From Candidatus Nanopusillus sp. (GTDB lineage: Archaea > Nanobdellota > Nanobdellia > Nanobdellales > Nanobdellaceae): a stretch of 32,000 nucleotides of DNA. Within the stretch, counting starts at the first letter, position 1. Each line of letters opens with the position of its first letter. Under the pieces are notes generated by a model. That model had not been told where the DNA came from, made no database searches, and saw only the letters and a program-made list of their open reading frames with translations. Location: assembly GCA_049414405.1 (NCBI GenBank), contig JBMSAQ010000015.1, forward strand, positions 1 to 32,000, written 5' to 3'. Shown in pieces: positions 26,255-32,000 of the stretch. A program made the position numbers and the translations under genes.

Positions 26255-26851
26255 ATGTTACCACAAAATAGTTACAAATTATCTGATAGATCTACAATAA
26301 GAAATCTCGAAAACATATTAAAAATACTTTATGATAAAAAACCTGTATTAATAGGTGGAATGGCCGTAGCCGCATATGCAATTTATTATGGTTTACATTA
26401 TGATAGAAAAACCAAAGATATAGATTTTGTAATAGACAAAAATGAAAAGATACATACAAAAGAAGTTATATATAGAGAATTACAAAATTTATTAATTAGA
26501 GAAGGACAAATATTTGGATGTGACGGTATTGAGATTATATATGAAGATGGTCCCAAAGTGAGTATATTATTTAAAGATGGAAAAATACCATATAACGAAA
26601 TAAAATTAAAGTTGGGTAAAAAGGAAATAAAATTATATGTAGCCAAAATGGAATATCTATTTATAGACAAGATATTTACTTATTTAAATAGAAAAGAAAG
26701 AAAAGACTTAGAAGATATAAAAGTACTATATAATTTAATGAAAAAATATAGTTATGATAAAGAATTACTCTATAAAATATTTAATGAATATTCAAAAAAA
26801 TATAAGAAATATTCTTCTAAAGCTAAATATATTATAGAAAAACTATTATAA
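26255..26851 (+). CDS. Nucleotidyltransferase-fold protein (AbiEii/DUF1814- or DUF2204-like)
   Basis: LIGGMAVAAYAIYYGLHYDRKTKDIDFVI fits the GG...(R)xTxDIDF pattern of this NTase group, 198 aa. Confidence 0.5.
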   Translation: MLPQNSYKLSDRSTIRNLENILKILYDKKPVLIGGMAVAAYAIYYGLHYDRKTKDIDFVIDKNEKIHTKEVIYRELQNLLIREGQIFGCDGIEIIYEDGPKVSILFKDGKIPYNEIKLKLGKKEIKLYVAKMEYLFIDKIFTYLNRKERKDLEDIKVLYNLMKKYSYDKELLYKIFNEYSKKYKKYSSKAKYIIEKLL

Positions 26852-26862
26852 AAATATTTTTA

Positions 26863-26911
26863 TCAGCGTAGCCGTATTCATCATTTTTCAGTTTCAAGCC
26901 AACCACATCAT
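26863..26911 (-). ncRNA. Candidate C/D box sRNA (2'-O-methylation guide)
   Basis: The minus strand reads AUGAUGU-GGUUGGCUUGAAA-CUGA-AAA-AUGAUGA-AUACGGCUACG-CUGA, i.e. C, 13-nt guide, D', 3-nt spacer, C', 11-nt guide, D. A T-rich tract follows. The D guide is complementary to GUAGCCGUA in the conserved 3' region of archaeal 16S rRNA as I recall it. Confidence 0.55.
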
Positions 26912-26917
26912 TATTCT

Positions 26918-26969
26918 TCCCTACCTGGAGGAACTGGTTCATATATCCCCAGTGCATGGCAGGTAGGGA
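26918..26969 (-). ncRNA. Structured hairpin with K-loop-like apex (H/ACA-like guide candidate), immediately 5' of the C/D sRNA
   Basis: A 10-bp G:C-rich lower stem (26918-26927 with 26960-26969), a 6/5-nt internal loop and a 5-bp upper stem (26933-26937 with 26949-26953). On the minus strand the 11-nt loop GGAUAUAUGAA can form tandem sheared G-A pairs. AGA follows the lower stem. Confidence 0.3.
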
Positions 26970-27028
26970 TAAAATTATAATATTTTTATGGTTTAAAATT
27001 TTTATATCGCAAAGTTTTTGAAATATAA

Positions 27029-27856
27029 ATGAATGAAATTATTGAAGAATATAAAGTATGGTTAGAAATACAAGGAAAATCTAAAAACACAATAAAAACA
27101 TATTCTGGTACAATAAAGAAATTTTTAGAATTTCTAATAAATAATGGAATAATTATCACAGATACAAGATCTATTAATGATTCGTTAGACAAGAATCTAA
27201 TTTTGAGATTTCTAGCTGAATTGAAAGTTAAGAAAAAAATAGATTTAAATTCATTAAGATTATACGTTAGAGCTATATCATCATTTTTAAAATTCTTGGA
27301 TAATGAAGGTTTAGCAAAGCAAATAAAAGCCCCAAAGGTAGATAAAAGATTGCCAAAATTTATCACATATGATGAATTAAATAAGTTATTAGAAAATACT
27401 AATAATTATAGGGACAAACTAATTATTAAGTTCCTATTTTATACTGGAGTAAGAGTTTCTGAATTAATAAAAATAAAAAAGAGTGATATAATTTTTGAAG
27501 AAGGTTTTATAAAAGTATATGGAAAAGGTGGAAAAGAAAGAATAATACCAATACCAAAAGAATTATTAAATGAATTGAAGAATTACATAAACAAAATAAA
27601 TACAGAAAATATATTTCCATTATCATCAAGACAAGTTGAAAGAATTATAAAGAATGTTGCAAAAAAAGCAGGCATAAATAAAAAAGTAACCCCACACGTA
27701 TTAAGACATTCTCTTGCAACAACATTATTATCAAAAGGTGTTGATATAAGATATATACAAGAAATACTTGGACATAGTTCATTAAATATTACACAAATAT
27801 ATACACATGTTGTCCCAAGTCAATTAAAAGAAATATATCAAAAAGTATTTGAATAG
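27029..27856 (+). CDS. xerA: Tyrosine recombinase XerA/XerC/D-like
   Basis: N-terminal SAM-like core-binding domain and catalytic residues in YTGVRVSEL, HVLRHSLAT and LGHSSLNITQIYTHV, 275 aa. Confidence 0.85.
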   Translation: MNEIIEEYKVWLEIQGKSKNTIKTYSGTIKKFLEFLINNGIIITDTRSINDSLDKNLILRFLAELKVKKKIDLNSLRLYVRAISSFLKFLDNEGLAKQIKAPKVDKRLPKFITYDELNKLLENTNNYRDKLIIKFLFYTGVRVSELIKIKKSDIIFEEGFIKVYGKGGKERIIPIPKELLNELKNYINKINTENIFPLSSRQVERIIKNVAKKAGINKKVTPHVLRHSLATTLLSKGVDIRYIQEILGHSSLNITQIYTHVVPSQLKEIYQKVFE

Positions 27857-27879
27857 ATTGAAAGAAATAGCTAATAAAA

Positions 27880-28298
27880 TTATAAAATAAAAACAGCAGC
27901 AGATATTACTGTTGTATAATCTCTTACAATAGCTTTTTTAAATATTTCAAATTCCTTATCTATTTCTATATCATGTATAGACTTTAACATATTTCTTGCC
28001 ATATTTTTTGCATATTCTTTTTCCTTTCTTATATAGTATCCATGATATTCTGTAAAATATCTATTGTATTTTTATCTTTAGGTAATATTATTCCAACTGA
28101 CGAAAATATTTCTCTATCTTTTTCATTTTACGTAAATCTCGATAGAACACAAAATACAACCAGATTAGACTTCTCTATTTTTATATCTCTTAATGCATAT
28201 TCAAAACTTAGCAGCAGGTCATCTGCTACACCCACACCAAAAGTAAAGAAAACTCTTTTGGTACCAGACTCTACAGGTTCATAAGATGGAAAATATCT
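27880..28298 (-). pseudogene. pdaD: Decayed pyruvoyl-dependent arginine decarboxylase (pdaD-like) gene
   Basis: There is no ORF of 60 aa or more here, but minus-strand fragments match PdaD in order: KRVFFTFGVGVADDLLLSFEYALRDIKIEKSNLV (28298-28131), then IFSSVGIILPKDKN, then in another frame FTEYHGYYIRKEKEYAKNMARNML...DYTTVISAAVFIL* (to 27880). Defects are: no ATG/GTG/TTG start, an in-frame TAA at 28128-28130, a frame change within 28056-28071, about 25 codons missing, and FCVL in place of the self-cleaving (I/V)SS(I/V) site. Confidence 0.65.
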
Positions 28299-28312
28299 TT
28301 ATGGTTTATAAA

Positions 28313-28918
28313 TTATCTAGAAGATGATGCTAACCTTTCTAACTCTAATTTCTTTTGTATCGCAAAAGATTCAACAGAATTCTTATACGCATTTATTATT
28401 TCTCTTGCCAATGCACTTTCCATATCTTTTTTATTTCTAGAACTATGATATGCCCCCCAAACAATATGTCTTATTGCTAAATCAATTCTTCTTAAAGGTG
28501 AAATATCTACCGCTTTTGGATATCTTGCACCACCCATTTCTATATTTGTTATTTCTTCTCTCGGAGCGGCATTTTCTATTGCCTTTGTTAATACTTTTAT
28601 TGGGTTTTGTTTTGTTTCCTTTTCAATTATTTCAAATGCTTTTATTAATATTTTTAATACTTTATAATATTCTCCAGAAGCATAATATGATGTAAACTTG
28701 TGTTTTCCTCCATAATGACCTGGTGTCATTAATCTACCAATTAATCTTTCTATAATTGGTATATTTCTCCTTCCAAATCTTCTATTTTGATATCTACCAT
28801 TCGTCTTTGGAACAACATATGGCTTTAAATTCATAAATGCTCTTAATGTTTCATCTTCCACATCTATTTCATATTTCCACCTTCCGAGAAATTTCAAATC
28901 ATTAATATTATTTACCAT
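28313..28918 (-). CDS. rps7: 30S ribosomal protein S7
   Basis: Full-length S7 pattern (NPIKVLTKAIENAAPREEIT..GGARYPKAVDISPLRR...). Confidence 0.9.
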   Translation of the reverse strand: MVNNINDLKFLGRWKYEIDVEDETLRAFMNLKPYVVPKTNGRYQNRRFGRRNIPIIERLIGRLMTPGHYGGKHKFTSYYASGEYYKVLKILIKAFEIIEKETKQNPIKVLTKAIENAAPREEITNIEMGGARYPKAVDISPLRRIDLAIRHIVWGAYHSSRNKKDMESALAREIINAYKNSVESFAIQKKLELERLASSSR

Positions 28919-28949
28919 TAAAAATAATATTAAAGAATATATTAAAAAA

Positions 28950-29765
28950 TTATTCTGATTCCCTTATTGCCTTAATTAATACTGGTATTAGTGTCAGTAC
29001 GAATAATATTACAAAGCCCCATGCGAATATACCTCCTATACTTGCTGGAATATCCGAATATCCAACTGTTAATACTGATAAAGATGATATAACAAATATT
29101 GAGTATATAAATACTTGGATAAATGGTTTTACATTTTTATAATATTCATTTTCACTTACATGTTCTGTTATATACTTCATCACAATTAATCCAATTGATA
29201 ATATTACGAACACGCCTATTATATTATAAAATAAGGTATATCGAAATCCTAATAATTCTAGAGAAGAATATGTTATTATCCATACAAATCCTAAGAATAA
29301 TAATAATTTCAATAATTCTGCTACATGTTCATTATATCCCTCAATTAGTATGTATAAGTATGATGTAAAGAATATTGAAAATATTACACCAGCTGTTATT
29401 ATTAATACGGCTATTGATATCAATATTAATGTTGATGAAACCATTATCGTCAATCTTAACATGTCGGCTATATAATAATACTGTGTTGATGTTAATAAGT
29501 ATGGAACCAATGCCAATATACTATTAAATACCACTATTCCTACTATGATTCCCACTAGATATGATAATAGTGTTGCTACATTTATCTCCGGCATTTTATT
29601 AAATGTCGACTTTAATTTTTCATATACATCTTCTATTTTCACATACTTTGCAAATAGCCATTTTAATGCTTTATATGCTATCCACCCGATAAAGTAACCT
29701 ATTACACTACCAAGTACTAGAAATCCAATAAAATAACCCAAAGACATCAATAAGTTGTATGTCAT
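28950..29765 (-). CDS. Polytopic membrane protein of unknown function inserted between rps12 and rps7
   Basis: 271 aa with about 7-8 hydrophobic segments and no recognisable motif. It is on the same strand as its ribosomal neighbours, with an 84-nt AT-rich gap upstream and a 31-nt gap downstream. Confidence 0.65.
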   Translation of the reverse strand: MTYNLLMSLGYFIGFLVLGSVIGYFIGWIAYKALKWLFAKYVKIEDVYEKLKSTFNKMPEINVATLLSYLVGIIVGIVVFNSILALVPYLLTSTQYYYIADMLRLTIMVSSTLILISIAVLIITAGVIFSIFFTSYLYILIEGYNEHVAELLKLLLFLGFVWIITYSSLELLGFRYTLFYNIIGVFVILSIGLIVMKYITEHVSENEYYKNVKPFIQVFIYSIFVISSLSVLTVGYSDIPASIGGIFAWGFVILFVLTLIPVLIKAIRESE

Positions 29766-29849
29766 TTATTTCTTATATAGTAAAATTATATAAATATTGT
29801 TTTTCGTTATTAAAAAATAGCAACTTAGATTATATTCAAAATAGAAAAG

Positions 29850-30278
29850 CTATCTTCTAGCTTTTTCTATCTTACCCTTCCTTAATAGTTCTAAGGGTTG
29901 TCCATTTACCAACACTACTTTATATCTTACTCCGGGTATTGAACCTATGGTTCTTCCTTTTGGTCCACCTATTCCAACTATTAATACCTCGTCATGTTCA
30001 TCAATATATTTTATTGCTCTATCACCTGGTGCAAAAGCTGTAACAATTTTTCCATTTTTCTTCAATTGCACTTTTACACATTTTATCATTCCAGAATATG
30101 GCTGTCTTTTTTCAATCTGTACTTTTTCTAATACAATTCCTGATGCCATTGAACTTCCCTCCAAAGGATCATATTTCTCCTTTAATTTCAATATTCTTCT
30201 CTTCCATTCCTTTTTGCTCCATCTAAATTTTTTTCTATTTTCAATTAATTTCTTAGCAGCAAATAATCCGTTAGCCAT
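29850..30278 (-). CDS. rps12: 30S ribosomal protein S12
   Basis: Typical archaeal S12/S23e (KKEWKRR...[16 protein letters not shown]...IPGVRYKVV). Confidence 0.95.
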   Translation of the reverse strand: MANGLFAAKKLIENRKKFRWSKKEWKRRILKLKEKYDPLEGSSMASGIVLEKVQIEKRQPYSGMIKCVKVQLKKNGKIVTAFAPGDRAIKYIDEHDEVLIVGIGGPKGRTIGSIPGVRYKVVLVNGQPLELLRKGKIEKARR

Positions 30279-30543
30279 TCTTTAATATAGATATAACAGA
30301 AATTTTAAATGGCTTTTTTAATAATAAACCTACTTCTTCATTTGAATGATTCAATAGTTCTACTTCAAAATTTTCCAACTTTTGATAATATTCTATATCT
30401 TTTTTTATATCTTCTGGGACATTTTTTGCTAAAAATACTTTCTCTACTTTCCCTCTTTTGATCATTTTCAAAGTTCTATTATATCCAATAATTATTTTTT
30501 TCTCATCAACAATTTTCTTTCTTAAATCATCAAATGCTACCAT
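30271..30543 (-). CDS. rpl30e: 50S ribosomal protein L30e
   Basis: 90 aa L7Ae/L30e-fold protein ([34 protein letters not shown]...) in the conserved position after rpoA2. Confidence 0.8.
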   Translation of the reverse strand: MVAFDDLRKKIVDEKKIIIGYNRTLKMIKRGKVEKVFLAKNVPEDIKKDIEYYQKLENFEVELLNHSNEEVGLLLKKPFKISVISILKNG

Positions 30544-30569
30544 AAAATTTATCTATATAAAAAATATTT

Positions 30570-31664
30570 TTATTCCTTATCTTCCCTCTTCTTTCCTACG
30601 AAGTATATGTCATATAAACCAGTGCCCAAATATATTGGTTGATTCATTATGACATTATCTATTCCACTCAATACTTTATCAGACTGTCCTATTATCGAAG
30701 ATTTAACAAATATAGAAACTGGTGTTTCGAATGCTGCTTTTGATAATGTAGATTCTTTTTCTGCATGTAATCCATATCTATTTATACCTAAATATATACC
30801 ATACCATGTCAACATATCTGCTACCAACATAAAATGTCTTACATTTACACTAAGACCTTGTTGCTCATATAATCCAACCAATTCTTGTAATATAGCAGCC
30901 CTAGTAGCTTCTATCCCAAAAACTCTCTCTATTTCTCTTAAATCGTTCGTATATACTTTTGTATAATCTACTTCCGGTATTTTCATAACTTCCAATAAAT
31001 TAGATCCAACAGTATATATTACATATTCATTATCCTCTTTATGTATAGTTACATCCTTAATTCCCTTAATTCCTTTTATTAGTATTTTCTTTATCATTTC
31101 TTTAAACAAGTATAATTCCCTAGCAGATAATTTTGGAGCAGTTATGTATATATTTTGTTTGTCATTTTCAACCTTGTATTTCTTTATTTTCTTTTTTAAT
31201 ATTTTAAATACTTCATCAAATGTTAATTCTTCTTTTTTCAATTTTTCTTTATCCAAACTAATTATTATTTTATTTTCAAATACGTCTAACGTTATTGACA
31301 ATAATATATCTTCTAATAATAGTTCTCTTATCCTTTTTGCAACACTTTGAGCCACATTCAAATCATTTTTATATTCATCCAATAACCTTATTATCATATA
31401 TTTTCTTTTCATCTTCTTTTTTGCATCGGTTATTTCTGTAATTCTAGGTAAACCCAAAGAAACCTGCTGAGCAGAGATGCCTACAAAGTGGAATGATCTC
31501 AATATCATTTGCGTAGTTGGTTCCGCAATTGATTGTGCAGCAACTATTCCAACAGGTTCTCCCGAATCTATTATAAATTTATATGAAAAATCTTCTATAA
31601 CTTTCCTTAACTTTTCATCTTCTGTTTTTTCTAGATCCTTTTTTATTTTTTCTGGAAGTTCCAT
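30570..31664 (-). CDS. rpoA2: DNA-directed RNA polymerase subunit A''
   Basis: GEPVGIVAAQSIAEPTTQMILRSFHFVG and the C-terminal conserved blocks, 364 aa. Confidence 0.95.
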   Translation of the reverse strand: MELPEKIKKDLEKTEDEKLRKVIEDFSYKFIIDSGEPVGIVAAQSIAEPTTQMILRSFHFVGISAQQVSLGLPRITEITDAKKKMKRKYMIIRLLDEYKNDLNVAQSVAKRIRELLLEDILLSITLDVFENKIIISLDKEKLKKEELTFDEVFKILKKKIKKYKVENDKQNIYITAPKLSARELYLFKEMIKKILIKGIKGIKDVTIHKEDNEYVIYTVGSNLLEVMKIPEVDYTKVYTNDLREIERVFGIEATRAAILQELVGLYEQQGLSVNVRHFMLVADMLTWYGIYLGINRYGLHAEKESTLSKAAFETPVSIFVKSSIIGQSDKVLSGIDNVIMNQPIYLGTGLYDIYFVGKKREDKE

Positions 31665-32000
31665 CTTTATTATCTTCTACATAAGATTTTAAAATTTGGG
31701 CCAGTAAATTTACATCTAATTTTCCATTTATTGACTTATGTACTGCAACACCATCCCCGCCATATACAAATTGTACAATCCTGTTATAAGCATCCCTAAC
31801 AGTTAAATCGTCATTTACATGAAGATCGTATAAACTTAATACCAATCTTCTATAGAAATATCCAGATTGGGCAGTCCTTATTGCTGTATCCATTAAAGCA
31901 TCTCTACCAGGTAATGCATGGAAAAACATTTCCCATGGTTTTAGGCCATCTCTATAAGAACTTATTACCCAACCATGATATTTTGGATGATATACATTTC
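31615..32000 (-). CDS. rpoA1: DNA-directed RNA polymerase subunit A', C-terminal part (continues beyond the right window edge)
   Basis: The track starts this ORF at an internal Met (31929). I checked that the frame stays open to nt 32000 (...NVYHPKYHGWVISSYRDGLKPWEMFFHALPGRDALMDTAIRTAQSGYFYRRL...), which matches the conserved A' region. Confidence 0.9.
   Translation of the reverse strand, partial: NVYHPKYHGWVISSYRDGLKPWEMFFHALPGRDALMDTAIRTAQSGYFYRRLVLSLYDLHVNDDLTVRDAYNRIVQFVYGGDGVAVHKSINGKLDVNLLAQILKSYVEDNKDGTSRKNKKGSRKNRR

Noticed and set aside
26852-27028. Inverted repeat next to xerA considered as a dif/att recombination site or the edge of an integrated element
   Set aside because: The arms are separated by a 32-nt structured spacer, not the short central region of Xer sites. 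I found no flanking direct repeats or viral/plasmid genes. The adjacent box C/D motifs make an RNA interpretation more economical.
28042-28284. 80-aa + strand ORF in the rps7-xerA gap
   Set aside because: It lies antisense to the ordered PdaD-like fragments on the minus strand. The pseudogene interpretation explains the region better.
31615-31664. 50-nt overlap between the rpoA1 stop and the rpoA2 start as a sign of a frameshift or mis-annotation
   Set aside because: The RpoA2 N-terminus from the first Met looks typical (MELPEKIKKDLEK... then GEPVGIVAAQSI), and the RpoA1 frame is continuous. An overlapping gene pair in a compact genome is sufficient explanation.
11796-31692. Remaining short track ORFs nested antisense in well-supported genes (for example 11796-11996, 12288-12488, 14284-14526, 14897-15082, 16705-17049, 17844-18056, 19148-19384, 20798-21004, 21574-21894, 24603-24872, 25231-25428, 25747-26133, 26398-26670, 26986-27366, 28450-28695, 29123-29368, 29947-30285, 30458-30652, 30649-30966, 31144-31350, 31477-31692)
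   Set aside because: Each overlaps a longer ORF with clear family motifs on the other strand and encodes a low-complexity hydrophobic or Ser-rich product. I saw no evidence for independent coding.
1-32000. Search for CRISPR arrays, rRNA genes, transposases/IS elements and long tandem repeats
   Set aside because: None seen. The only repeats found are the 89-nt paralog block and the GT-C 5' end duplication reported above, and the only integrase-like gene is a Xer-type recombinase without element hallmarks.

Overview
This is an AT-rich (roughly one-quarter GC by eye), gene-dense archaeal chromosome segment. The single tRNA and two candidate small RNAs stand out as GC-rich islands, which suggests a thermophile. 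Lys/Ile/Glu/Tyr-rich proteins, very short intergenic regions, a helicase gene present only as its C-terminal half and a decayed gene all fit a small, streamlined genome. A DPANN/Nanoarchaeota-like organism is a guess, not a result. The core content has three parts. One is a partly rearranged ftsZ / secE-spt5 / rpl11-rpl1-rpl10 cluster. The second is the rpoA1-rpoA2-rpl30e-rps12-rps7 cluster, which lacks nusA and carries an inserted membrane-protein gene. The third is a housekeeping block (map, cutA-like, truA, DUF72, tRNA-Lys, FKBP) next to an oxidative-stress/repair block (Prx, Lrp, Bcp, Ogt, Fe/Mn-SOD, histone). The envelope content is a 660-codon S-layer-like ORF running off the left edge (absent from the ORF track), a family of three paralogous polytopic membrane proteins, a processive GT2 synthase, a GT-C glycosyltransferase and a membrane-anchored thioredoxin-fold protein. 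The items most worth follow-up are: (1) a co-directional cluster of four unassignable genes (5225-7559) that look like one lineage-specific family; (2) a degenerate duplicate of the GT-C gene 5' end that brackets one membrane-protein paralog, plus an 89-nt near-identical block in the other two; (3) a C/D-box sRNA candidate directly preceded by a K-loop/H/ACA-like hairpin; (4) a decayed pyruvoyl arginine decarboxylase pseudogene downstream of rps7; (5) a stand-alone Lhr C-terminal half. I saw no CRISPR array, rRNA gene or transposase. All functional calls rest on motifs read by eye and on recalled family knowledge, because no searches were run.
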